DNA from: Eledone cirrhosa
Taxonomy: Eukaryota
DNA length: 64,000 nt
Direction: 5' to 3'
Assembly (NCBI GenBank): GCA_964016885.1
Contig: OZ024742.1
Coordinates: forward strand, 288,424,001-288,488,000
Part shown: positions 12,080 through 25,088 of the stretch, piece by piece
Position numbering within the stretch: the first letter of the stretch is position 1
Layout of the letters: the number at the start of each line of letters is the position of its first letter
Translations under genes and position numbers: made by a program
The notes under the pieces: generated by a model
The model's database searches: none
Told to the model about the DNA's origin: nothing
Seen by the model: the letters and a program-made list of their open reading frames with translations, nothing else

Positions 12080-15000
12080 CTAACCCCAATAACCCCATCT
12101 CCCCCCGCCCCCCACCGCCCCCACCCTCCAAACGTAATCCAAAACTTCAGAGTTGGTACCATAAATGTAGGCACCTTAAAGGGTCGCGCTAACGAGGTTG
12201 TAGAAATGCTTGAACGTAAGGAGGTCGATGTTTGTTGTATTCAAGAGACCAGGTGGAGGGGTGGGTCTGCTAGATTCATTGAGGGTAAAAAACGATGTTA
12301 TAAGCTTTTCTGGGTGGGAAACGACGATGGGCTGGGTGGAGTAGGAATCATGGTAGCAGAAAAGTGGGCAGATAAGATAATAGACGTAAATAGAGTGAAT
12401 GACAGAATAATTAAAATAAGACTTGTCCTCAATAGAACTACGGTGACAGTAATATCTGCGTACGCACCCCAATCCGGACTGCCCGGCACTATAAAAGACA
12501 GATTCTATGAGACACTGATGCTAACTACCTCCCAAATAACCGACAGTGACTATATAATTATTGCAGGCGACCTAAATGGTCACGTTGGACAACATTGTGA
12601 CGGCTACGACGAAATCCATGGAGGCTATGGGTTTGGTACTAGAAATGAGGAAGGCTCCAGAATCCTGGAATTCTGTGACACAAATAACCTAACTATCTGT
12701 AACACTAACTTCAAAAAACGTGACAATCACCTGATCACCTATAGATCCGAGGAACACACAAGCCAGGTAGATTTTATCCTTACCAGAAGACGTGACAGAG
12801 TGTCTGTTGTAAACACTAAATCCCTCCCCCATGAAGAATGCACCTCCCAACATAGACTGATAATTAGCGACCTCATAGTCAGGACGAGACGTACTCGACA
12901 GCAGAAGAGGACTATCCTCAGGGGAAAAATGGAAGCTAAAGGACCCCACAGCCAGAAATAAATTTCAAAGCATATTACTTGATGCTTTCGACAGTAAGGA
13001 AGAGCATTTAGAGTCGGACAATATAGAGGGACAGTGGGAATTTCTGAAAGCAAACCTGCTGATGGCGACAGACGAAGTCTGTGGCTGGAGCAGGCCTGTT
13101 GGCAGGAGGAGAGTAACATGGTGGTGGAACAGTAAGGTGGAGGGGTCAATTAAGGCCAAAAAGCAGGCTTGGAAAGTATGGCGGGATGGGGGAAGTAGAG
13201 AAGACTATCAAGTGGCCAGGAGGGAAGCTAGGAGACAAGTGTACTTCGCAAGAAGGGAAGCAGAGGAAAGAAAGTTCAAGCATGTTCTACAACGCGAGGA
13301 CCAAAAACGTGAGGTGTTCAGGATTGCTAGGCAATGTGTCAAGGAAAACCGTGATATTGTCGGGGAGAAGTGTGTACTCAATGATGACGCCGTACTTGCC
13401 ATCACCGACGCTGATAAGAAGGTAGCTTGGAAGTGTCACTATGAAAGGCTACTAAATGAGGAGAATAAATGGGAGAAAGACAGTCTCCCCCACATCGACC
13501 CAATAGAGGGACCAGCAGTGTTAGTCGAGGGGAGTATAATAAGTAAGGCAATCAATGATATGAAGACGGGTAAGGCGGCTGGGCCTTCGGAAATAGTTGC
13601 TGAGATGCTGAAAGCCTCTGGAACGGTGGGACACACCATGGTCACCCGGATAGTAAACCAAGTCATACAGAATGGGGTTGTTCCGAAGGACTGGCGTAGC
13701 AGCATCATCATTAACTGTTACAAGGGTAAAGGAGATGCCTTAGATAGGAGTAACTATAGAGGCATTAAATTAATCGACCAGGTCATGAAGGTCACGGAAA
13801 AAGTAATAGCGCAACTAATCAGAGAGAGAATTGACCTAGATGAAATGCAGTTCGGGTTTGTGTCAGGCAAAAGTACCACAGACGCTCTTTTCATTGTACG
13901 TCAACTACAGGAGAAGTACCTAGCTAAAGGTAAACCCCTCTACTTAGCTTTTGTCGACTTGGAGAAAGCCTTCGACAGAGTCCTCCGTTCCATTATCTGA
14001 TGGGCCCTTAGAAAACTAGGTGTCGACGAATGGCTTGTGAGAGCTATACAAGCCATGTATAAAGAAACAGTCAGCAAGGTTAGAATTAACAACGAATATA
14101 GTGAAGAGTTTAGCGTAAAAGTTGGCGTCCATCAGGGCTCTGTTCTCAGCCCCCTACTATTTATTATTGCCCTTCGGGCTATAACAGTGGAGTTCAAGAC
14201 CGGCTGCCCATGGGAACTCCTATGCCCAGACGACCTGACACTCATAGCTGAATCAATGGCCGAGCTAGAGAAGAAATTCCAAACATGGAAGCACGGCCTA
14301 GAATCAAAAGGCCTTAAAATTAACCTGGCTAAGACTAAAGTTCTAGTTTGTAGGAAAGAAAATAAGGCGGCGGTCCCTTCCGGGAAATGGCCATGCTCAG
14401 TGTGTAAGAAAGGCGTAGGTAGAAACTCCATTTTATGTCCCAAATGCAAACTATGGGTGCATAAAAGATGTAGTGGGAACACAGGTAAGCTAACTAAGAA
14501 CATAGATTTTACATGCGGGCGGTGCTCTGGTGCAATAAGTAGCAGCAAGTGCCCACAAAATACTAGCTCTTACAACTGCGCAGAGGGCTCTATAGAAATA
14601 GTGGACAGCTTCCGTTACCTGGGTGACAAAATCAGCAGTGGGGGAGGGTGCTCTGAAAGTACAGTAGCTAGAGTCAGAACTGGATGGAAAAAGTTCAGAG
14701 AGCTTATACCACTATTAGCCGCTAAAGGGTTCTCCCTAAAAATGAAAGGCAGGTTGTATGATGCCTGCATACGAACAGCAATGTTGCATGGCAGTGAGAC
14801 CTGGGCATTGTGTGCAGAGGATATACGTAGACTAGAGAGGAACGAAGCTTGCATGCTCCGCTGGATGTGTAATAGTAATATACGTGAACGGCAAAGCATA
14901 AACGAACTAAGGAAAAAATTAGAAATAAGAGGGATCAGATGTTGTTTACTCGAGAGAAGGTTACGTTGGTATGGATACGTGATGCGCATGAAAGTCGATA

Positions 15001-15569
15001 GCTGTATAACAAAGTGCAGGGCAATAAAGATAGACGGTAGCCACGGAATAGGCAGACCTAGAAAAACCTGGGACGAGCTGATAAACTCCGACCTCACACA
15101 TTTACACCTCTCCAAGACAATGTCACTGGACCGAGACCTTTGGCGGTACTCAGTAATAGAGAAGACCCGCCTTACCTAAATACATAGTAAAACCTACTAC
15201 AGCCAGTAGGCATCTCTAACAAAATACACCCCCGTCCCACCACCCCCACCCCATCCACACCACCCCCTCCTATGTAAAGTTATGTTGGTGCCACACCATC
15301 CAGGCCGAAACAAATGAGATCGTGTAGGTGTCACGACAAAAAAACACACAGTCCACGCTGTAATGTGGCCGTGTAGGCAACACGGTAAAAACCTCCCAGA
15401 CCCACACTGTAAATGTGGTTGGTGTTAGGAAGGGCATCCAACTGTAGAAAACCTGCCAGACAGTCCTATGCGAGCAAGACAATCACTCTTGCCTCAAGTG
15501 GGAATACCCCCGTCCAAACCCATGCAAGCGTGGAACACGGACGTTAAACGTTGATGATGATGATGATGA
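12080..15569 (+). mobile_element. RTE-clade LINE (RTE-1), near full-length, disrupted
   Basis: APE endonuclease (GTINVGTL, CIQETRW, SAYAPQ, GDLNGH, SQHRL) and RT (QFGF, FVDLEKAFDRV, GVHQGSVLSPLLF) split by a frameshift near 12925 and a TGA at 13998; YADD mutated to CPDD; (GAT)n tail; 5' boundary approximate. Confidence 0.95.
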
Positions 15570-17185
15570 CTGCGATAAAATGCACCCAGTACACTCTGGA
15601 AAGTAGTAGTACTGTTAACATGATAAAATGTATCTAGAACATTCTGTAAAGTGGTAGTGCTGTTGCCACAATAAAATACACCCACTACTCTCTGCATAAT
15701 GGGAGAGCTGGTACCAGGATATAATGAACCTACTACACTCTGTAATGGGTAGTACTGGTTCCATGATATAATGCACCCAGTACACTATACTAACTGTTAG
15801 TGCTTGCGCCATGATAAAATACACCCAATATATTCTGCAAAGTTGTTGGTATTAGAAAGGGCATCCAGCTGTAGAAACCATACCAAATATGGAACATATG
15901 AGCAAGATGAAGTATCTTCAACTTGTCTGGTCTGGGACTGTATCAACCTGTCCAACCCATGCCAGTATAGAAAATGGACATAAAACTATGATGATGATCA
16001 TCATGTAAAGGGGAATGGCTTAGTGGTTAGGTTGTTGGCTTATGGTCATGAGTTCGATTCCTGGCAGTAAGTTACGTCTTTAAGCAAGATACTTTATTTC
16101 ACATTGCTCTAGTTCACTCAGCTGGAAAAAATTATTTGTACCTGCAATTCAAGGAACCAGCCTTGTCATACACTATTATGCTGAATCTCCCTGAAAATTA
16201 TGTTAATGGCACACATGTTTGTGGAATATTCAGCCAAATATACTATAATACAATGTGGACTGTACCTGTAATTCAAAGGATCAGACTTGTCACACAGTGT
16301 GTCATGTTGAATCATCCTGAGAAATTGTCCTTGGTATATGTGTATTTGTGGAATATTCAGCCACATATACTATAATACAAGAAATTACTCTTCCACAATG
16401 TAACTGTTGATTTTATTTTGTTTGTTTATTCTATTTTAGTAGAGGCTGGTCACTCTTTATATGAAAACATCTCATTTTAATTAATTAATGAATAATTGGG
16501 AGTGATTTACTAAAATTATGAATTATTTCATTACTAACATAGTAACTTAACATAGTGCTTCATCATCATCATCACCGTTTTACGTCCGTTCTTCCACGCT
16601 AGCATGGGTTAGACGGGTTGTCCTGTTGTGTGCAGTGTCTGGTCGGCTGACCATGCCTTGCTCATACAGGAACTGATCTGGCTTGATTTCTACAGCTGGA
16701 TGCCCTTCCTAACACCAACCTCATTTACAGTGAGTGCTGGGTGCTTTTTCGTGGCGCCTACACGTCTACTTTACAGTGTGGGCTGGGTGCTTTTTTGCCA
16801 TGGCACCTCCACGACCACCTTGCGGTGGGGGCATATTGTTTATATGCTTCAGCATGTACCCGTGGGAGGTCGGGTACTCTGTATTACTGCGTGACGCCAG
16901 TGCTTATATAAAATTATCCTGGAAGATTCTAATTTAAATAGGAACACTATATTTCAGTTAAATAATGAAGAATTTGAAGAATTTGGAGGGATGTATTAAA
17001 TTTATTAATTATCTCATTGCAAACATAACAACATATAGTTTTTATATTAAATTATGTTGGAAGATTTTAATTTAATTAAAACCCATTAAAATTGGTAGTT
17101 TTGTTTCATAGAACTAGAGCTGGTTTTGGATGGGTTGGTACCAATACTGTTAATTTCCCTATATTTGCTTCCATTTCCATTTCAG

Positions 17186-17360
17186 AAGGAACTACAAAGG
17201 GTACATGCTTGAGTCTCGACTTCATTTTCGCATCCATGCAGTGAAGTTACAGTTACACTCCAAGTTCCAAAGCAATTGTGAGAATGACAGTGCTCCACAG
17301 ACTCCTGGGAACAACATTGAAGATAATCTTCTGAGTTGCAGTGAACAGAGCCCTACATAA
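17186..17360 (+). CDS. TTC39B: TTC39B-like terminal coding exon
   Basis: tttcag|A; RNYKGYMLESRLHFRIH (NYK.Y.LESRLHFRI motif), then a lineage-specific tail ending in TAA at 17358-17360. Confidence 0.94.
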
Positions 17361-17488
17361 TGCATGACTTTATATTACACAAATACTGTTTGAACCTGTG
17401 GCCCCAGGATTTAAAAACTTTATAACACAGTTTATTACATTAACATTTGATATAGTCAGCTGAAATTTTTACTGGAGTTATAAACCCA

Positions 17489-17525
<37 letters not shown>

Positions 17526-17601
17526 TGACATTATTATCACCATCATCATCACAGTCTAACATCTATTTTCCCTGCTTGCATGGGATATATATGTGTGTGT
17601 T

Positions 17602-17638
<37 letters not shown>

Positions 17639-18122
17639 GGATAGAATTAGAGTGCAATAATACACATTTATTTTTGGTAAGGTGCATAAAGCTCAAGGCG
17701 CTATTAGAGTCAACAGCATACAGGAATCCAAGTCCAATCAAATGGATTAGGACACTTGTAGTTGAAGGCAGTGAAAGTCACAGAGCATAAATACTTAATA
17801 CAAAATGAAAACTAGAGTTGATGATCTAAATTCATCTTTAATTCCAACAATTGTTTCTATAGATATAAATGCAGTGCCAGTATATATAATCAATCCTATA
17901 ATTAATAATTAATAATTTAAATGGTGTTCTGACACAAGTCCCCATTTTTTCAGAACAGTAGATGGAGGAGTTGGGTTACTTAGCACATCAGGAAGTATAT
18001 AGATAACAAAAATATAAGATATAAGCGAGCTTACAAAAGGCAAAGAGAACAAATAAGAAAAGACTGAGCAAGTGATTTGCATAAATATAAAATAGTATGT
18101 TAATATAAGCATTAGAGATGAG

Positions 18123-18357
18123 GAGGTATGTAGCCTAGTGGTAAGGGTGTGGGTTCGATTCTTGAGCAAAACACTTCATTTCACACTGCTCCAGTATACT
18201 CAGCTGAAAATGAGTACCAGCAATAGGTGGGGGTTTAACCCCACAATGGACTGGTGTTCTGTCCAGTGGGGAATCTTGTACTCTCAGTCGCTTCACACGA
18301 CAAAACTGAGATAAGCACCAGCCTGACGAGCCTCATGGCTTGAGACAGACTTTAGAT
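18123..18357 (+). mobile_element. tRNA-derived SINE family 1 (further copies near 306, 794, 5966, 10840, 16013, 20930, 21250, 34357, 42441, 59450)
   Basis: A-box TAGCCTAGTGGT, B-box GGTTCGATTC, conserved CTTGAGCAA.ACACTT.ATTTCAC core, TTTAGA-type tail. Confidence 0.8.
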
Positions 18358-19799
18358 TAGAGATGAAGTTATGCAGTAGAGAGGCATGTTGTTATAGAGA
18401 GGATAGCACTGATTAGAAATAACCAAGCATATCCAGAACCATAATATTTAAAATTACATGGAAACATGAGCCTTAAATGTGCGGTTTAAATTCATCGAAA
18501 TGTTTTACTCACACCGAATTAGAGGAGAGTGGGACTATTGAGTTCGATGTGAGTAAAATATTTTGATCTGTTGTTCTCCTGACAAAATGGGGATTTGTGT
18601 CAGAATGGCATTTAAATTATTAATTATTAATTATTGGATTGCACTTATCTCTATAGAAACAATTATTGGGATTAAAGAGGGAATTGTATTACCAACCTTG
18701 GTTTTCATTTTATATATATATATACATATATTATATGTGTGTGTGTATATATAAAAAAACTATATACATATATATATATATAGTAGCATAGTTACTATGA
18801 AGCATTGTGAAATATGTAATAAATGACCAATAAGTATTTCGGAAAACCGGTACAATATGGTAGAAATATATAAAGGGCAAAGGATGATAAATAAAACAAA
18901 ACAAAGTAATGTTTTTCTTACCCAGTATATTTCAACATAATATTACCTTCTTTTTGCATTTGAAAGGAGATTTTAATCCTAAAATATTATGTTGAAATAT
19001 ATTGGGTAAGAAAAACATTACTTTTTGTTTTATTTGTCATCCTTTCCCCTTTATATATTTCTACTGCTTTCTGAAATACTTATCACACTCACACACACAC
19101 ATATACATATGTATATATATATGTCTCTGTGTGTGTGTTATATCACATGCATTTCCACATGTCTTCTCCATTTAACTTAGAAGTGTTTATTACTATTTGG
19201 CCCTAATGGCTGATAAAGAAAGCATTATTATTATTATTATTATTATTATTTGAAAATGTAGGAATTCCAAATGCATAAATTAACTGGAACTGCAGTCGAT
19301 TGCTGTGAATGATGGCTTAGTAAATCAAATAAAATACTCCTAGAGATTTTTCTAAGCTATTATTTGTAGTGATTGACTGTTATTCCAGCTAATTTCTATG
19401 TTTGGGATTCCTACACATTTCAGATCATCCAAGCACTTTGATAATTCATAAGATTTAATTATCATTATTACTTTGGCAGTATCGGTAGGGAGTCGGACGA
19501 CATGCTTTCCAGCATAGTTACGTCCCTTTACGGTCTGAGTTCAAAACCCTGCCGAGGTTCACTTTGCCTTTCATCCTTACAGGGTCGATAAAATAAAAGT
19601 ACCAGTAATGTACTGGTTAATTGCTGGCCTTGTGCCAAAAGTAGAAACAATTATTACTATTATTGCACTGGGGTCAATTTAATCGACTTTCCCCTTCCTT
19701 TCAAATTGCTGGCATTGTGCCAAAACTAGATACAGTTATTATTATCATCAGTAACATTATCATCATCATCATTATCATCATAATTTAATTCTTTCTCTT

Positions 19800-19981
19800 C
19801 AGTGTCTGCTTGGCCATGTCTTGTGTAATAACTATAATGTGATGATGATGATAATAATAACAATAATAATAATAATAGATGATGATGATGATGACAATGA
19901 CGATGATGACGATGATGATAATTACGACGATGACGACAACGATGATGATGATAATGATGATGATGACAATGATGATGATGA
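19800..19981. repeat. (GAT/AAT/GAC)n microsatellite
   Basis: Visible trinucleotide tract; source of the poly-D, poly-M and poly-H pseudo-ORFs. Confidence 0.95.
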
Positions 19982-20094
19982 GTCTGTATCGTTGTTGTTT
20001 CCCTGAACATATACCCACAGATGGACTACACAAATGTTTCATATGTGTGTTCGTTGCTTCTCCTTTTGTATAAGTTACATAAGTTTGAATTTAA

Positions 20095-20545
20095 CCCTTT
20101 TGATACCAAACCTCCTAAAACCGGCCCTGGTTCTACATTATAAAACTGTTTGTTTTAAAGTGTTTATATTTGTTTAAAAAACTTTCCATCATATATTTGA
20201 TATAAGAACCTTTGTTAAGTTATGTTCCAAATACCAGCTTAATAATGAGGAAGTTATATTACTAAATCCCTCCAAATTCTTGGTCATTTTCGAAATTGTT
20301 AGAAAATTATAGGCAAGTATGTTTCATTAGAAATATGGTAACAAAATGTTTTAAGTGTTTATATTTATCTAAAAACTTTCCATAGTAATTCTACATAAGA
20401 ACTTTTGTCAAGTTATGTTCCAAACACCAGCTTAATAATGAGAAAATTAGTTATATTACTAAATCCCTCCAAATTTTTGATAATTTTCAAAATTATTTGA
20501 AAATCATAAGTAGTATCTTTCATTAGAAATATGGTAATGAAAGGG
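20095..20545. mobile_element. piggyBac-like MITE family B with ~195-bp internal tandem units (relatives at 29060-29584, 25690-25915, 16480-17150)
   Basis: TTAA|CCCTTT...AAAGGG|TTAA ends; repeated AATATGGTAA and TATGTTCCAAA blocks. Confidence 0.75.
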
Positions 20546-20670
20546 TTAAAACAATATATATAAATAAACTAAATATATTAACCAAAATACAATTGATCCA
20601 TAAAGGCTTCCAGAATCTCTGCCCCCACCCCACATACCACCAGACTCCATCTCAGCACCCATTACTTTAA

Positions 20671-20891
20671 CCCTTTAGCATTTAAACCAGCCATATCTGA
20701 CCAGAATTCTCTCACCTCTTTCTGTTCAAACCGGCTGTAACCAGCTGCTCTTATTTATGTTAAGGTATTGTTCTGAAAGTAAATAATATCAAAATATCAT
20801 AGATTCGATATTATGTAAGATAATTATGTGAGATAAAGCTTTTACCATGAAAATACAATAGTAAATATAGAGTAATGTAAATGCTAAAGGG
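20671..20891. mobile_element. piggyBac-like MITE family A (other copies at 4670-4875, 28283-28501, 57658-57869)
   Basis: TTAA|CCCTTTAGCATT...AATGCTAAAGGG|TTAA; four related ~210-220 bp copies. Confidence 0.85.
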
Positions 20892-23594
20892 TTAAGGTCT
20901 AAAAAAAAAATAGGGGTTTCTCACAAGCCTAGGCTTATCAGGCAGGATTTTATCCCAGTTTTACATGTGGTGGTAAGCAGCTGAGTGTACAAGACCTTGC
21001 TTTCCCCTGGATGGAATGCCAATTAGTCGCTAGGCTAACATCCCCAACTGTTGCTGGTACCGGTTTCTTTTTTAATTTTTTTTCTTTTATTCAGCTGAGT
21101 GGACTGGTGCAATGTGAGATAAAGTGCCTTGTTCGAGAACACAACTTACAGGAACTGAGCCCACAACCTTATGATTATGAAACAAATACCCTAACCACTT
21201 GATCATCCATGTTTTATTCTAAAATACTACAGCTTATTCAGTGAAGGTATAGAGCTTGTGGTTACAATGTTCAACAATCATAAGATTGTGGGCTCGATTC
21301 CTGGTGGTCTGTTTTGTCCTTGAGCAAGAGACTTTATTTCACATTGTTCCAGTCCAATCAGCTGGCAAAAGTGAACTGTACCTGTAATTCAAAGAGCCAG
21401 CTTTGTCGCACTCTATGTCATGCTGAATCTCCCTGAGAACTACATTAAAGTGTACATGTCTGTGGAATGCTCAGCTACTTACACTATAATATAAGATGGA
21501 CTGTATCTGTAACTCAAAGTTTCAATCTTGTCACTCACTGTCATGCTGAATTTCCTTGAGAATTATGTTTAGGGTGCACATGTCTGTTCCATTGATCATA
21601 TCAACTGAAACACTCATCATTGAAACCAATGCACACACATACACAGCTTATTCAAGACCAAAGCATAAACACATCAATACACTTTTCACTGTCAGATCAG
21701 AAATTGTAGATGTGTTGTAAATACCATTTTGTTAGCTATTATTATTATTATCATTATTTTATTATTTTCAAATAACCATTATTGTTATTTATCATCATCT
21801 CATCATCATCATCTTCGTTTAACGAAGATGATGATGATGAGATGATGATAAATAACAATAATGATTATTTGAAAATGTATTTGAATTTTTTGGAAATTTC
21901 AATTTACTTGTTATCTAATTATTTGGTGTTTTGTTTTGTTTTGTTACAATGTTTTGTGATTTTTTTTTTTAAATTCTGTGTTTCTAACTCTTAACATCTT
22001 GTAATAAGTTAGCAGAAAATATCTGATAATAAGTTCATTCAAATGTTTATAGTATCTTTACTGGTGGACAGATCGTTGTGGAAACTTGCAATATTAAAGA
22101 CTTTAATTTTTAAAGTGATGCAGTCATAATGATGTTGTTTTTTGCTTTTCAAGAATGTTTTGCCAATGTGGTTTCATGTGGTACAGGATATTAAGAGATA
22201 AGATAAGAGAAACAATGTTTCTTTGTATTATATCTGGCTCACAATGAAGGCAGCAACTTGGCAAGATTGTTAGAGTGTCAGATATACTAGAATAGTTTGT
22301 GGTCAATCATTGTTTTGGGAAAGCTGGTACAATGCAAATTAGAAATACAGGAGGGAAAACTAGAATAAAGTAAAATAAAAAAAAAACAGTTAACACTTTT
22401 ACGTTATATTTCATGACAGCTTGAGGTAAGGACCTCAAACTATCATGAAATATAAGAAAGAAAAGAAAAGAAAATGGAATGTGGTGTTGGCAACAAGCAA
22501 CCCTCTACTATGTAGAAATAGGGACAAAAGGCTGGTGACATGCACAGACTGGTGTAGTCATATAGCCAATCAGCTTCATGTAATGTTGTTTATGACTGGT
22601 CTTGTTCTATCAATGAGAATAGCCTCTTTGATATACAAGTGTAAAATATCTTGTTATTTGTTTTAGTTCTCTGCATTCTGAAATCAAATCCCACTAAAGG
22701 TTATCCAGTATATACTTTACCTTTCATCCCTGTGGGGTCTGTGGGGTCGATTCTTCCTCTCCATCTCTTCTCTCACTCTCTATCCTTCTCTGGAAGAAAT
22801 ATGCTGTATTCAGACCTGGAGAGGAGATGGATTCCACCAGGTTTTAAAAAATACCTTAGAAACGCTGTATGTCAATATGGTGCCCCTATGACTCCCTTGG
22901 GAGTTACAGGACCATGCATGCCAAATAAAGTATCAGTCCAGGGGCAGTGAATTGGTAGAATTATTAGAGTGTTGGATGAGATTCCTGGTTATATCTCTTT
23001 TGGTTCTTTGTGTTCTGAGTTCAAGTTCCACCTAGGCTAATCACCTAAGCACAGGACCACAACTGGTTATGAAAGCTGCAATAGGTGGGGAGCAGGGTGT
23101 CGATGTCTGCTACTGCTGTTAAAGAGACAATCTGCAGAAAACCAGCCAAGTTTACATGTTTTCTATTGTCCTTCAAATTTCTGTCCCTAGTTTGAAGCTC
23201 ACTGTTCGAATTAAATATCCATAGATAAATTATAAATGGCATTTCATTAATATATCACCTTCATTTAACATGTTTTCCCTACAAGCATGAGTTGAACAGG
23301 TAGTCACAAACTAAACCAGTACTTAATTGGAGCTTTTGGCCACACAGATGGACTGGGGACCACATCTCATTTACATACTTTCCTGCCTTTTGCATTTCAT
23401 CATGACACCAGCACTTAAAATTATAGTTATTACTAATTATTAATAGCTATAATTAACATTTCGGTTTAATTTCATCACTCTTAGTTTTATTTCTGTTTGT
23501 TTTGTTTTTTTCAGCTTCTTTAAATTTTTTGAAAAGTCAAATTACATGTGTTAAGTAAGAGATCACAGTAGCTAAGTGTAAAATAGTACATTAG

Positions 23595-23880
23595 GTATGG
23601 TAAAATAACTCACCATTTCTGGTATATATGAAAAATAATTTACTAGTTGTGATATACATGTAAAATATCACAACAGTTGTGGTATATGTGTAAAATAACT
23701 CACCAGTTGTGATATTTGTGTAAAATAATGCACCAGTTGTGATATGTGTGTAAAATAACACAATTGTGGTATATGTGTAAAATAACTCACTAGTTGTGGT
23801 ATATATGTAAAATAACACATTAGTTGTGATATATGTGTAAAATAACACAGTAGTTGTGCTACATGTGTAAAATAATATAC
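23595..23880. repeat. ~30-bp minisatellite
   Basis: Tandem GTAAAATAAC.CAC.AGTTGTG.TATATGT units. Confidence 0.9.
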
Positions 23881-25024
23881 CCATCCTGTTTGATACTGAT
23901 AATTCTGCAGAGCCACTAATCTTGGAATGGTACTTATTTTATTGGTCCTGAAATGATGAAAAATAAAGTTGACCTGGGCAGGATTTGAACTCAGGGTGTA
24001 GATACCTATTTCTCACCTCTCTTCTAATGATTATTTTCACTTAGAGTACAAAATGTTATGAACATATTTCAGTTCATAGTGGCTGGCCTGGAGAGTGGTG
24101 AACTGTCTGCCTGTCTTGTAGGCCAATTACTTCTCACAAGAGCTCAGCCTACTGGAGAGTGGTGTCTGTCAGTCTTTTAGGCCAATCACTTCCCACAAGA
24201 GCTCAGCCTTCTTGAGAAGAGGTCTGTGACCGGTGGCAGGATTTGAACTCAGATTTCAATCATGAGGGTCCAGATTCATTCCTATTGTGTGGCATCTTGG
24301 GCAAGTGTCTTTTACCATAGCTTTGGGTTAGCCAAAGCCTTGTGAATGGATTTGGATAGATGGAAACCAAGCAAGACAGACTGTACCTGTAATTCACACG
24401 TCATGCTGATTCTGCCTGTGGGTCACATTGTGGAATACTGAGCCACTAAACAATAACACCAACATGGAAGAGCATATAAATATAGTCCTAGATTCACTAT
24501 AGTTGAAAAAGTTGCGATAGTCACGACTAACATTTGGACCAAAGATCTGCTGGATCAGGTTTGAGTTGGGGTTAAATGACAGCAACAAAGAAGGCCATAA
24601 TCTAGTCCTAGATTCACTATGCTTGAAAGAATTGGGATGGTCATGACTGGAATATTTGGATCAAAGATCTACTGGATCACATCTGATTTGGGGTTAAACG
24701 GCATCAACAAAAAAGGACACAATATAGTCATTGATTCACTATTTCTGAAAAAAAGATGGGATTGCTATGGTCAGAACAGCTTTGATCATAGACCTGCTCA
24801 ATTAGAGCTGACCAAGGGTTAATAACAATAACAGACTTACAGATTTACCTACTTTACAGCCAAGGGCTGACCAATCTCTGTATATATAGCCAATCACTGT
24901 TGAAACAGTATGAACTCAGCCGTGAGGCACTAGCTTTTCACTAGACTTACACTCTACTTTCCCAAGTATTGAGTACTTAGCTGAACAGATTCTTATTAGT
25001 CTAGACTGGTAACTCCTGATCTCA

Positions 25025-25088
<64 letters not shown>

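Noticed and set aside
19726-20073. Poly-His, poly-Asp and poly-Met ORFs (similarly 2087-2605, 33667-34017, 56210-57015)
   Set aside because: Translations of micro- and minisatellites.
23045-23242. Possible extra gene between TTC39 and BABAM1 (also donor-like sites at 24833-24950)
   Set aside because: Short ORF with no recognisable similarity and no phase-consistent exon chain; a lncRNA cannot be excluded without RNA data.
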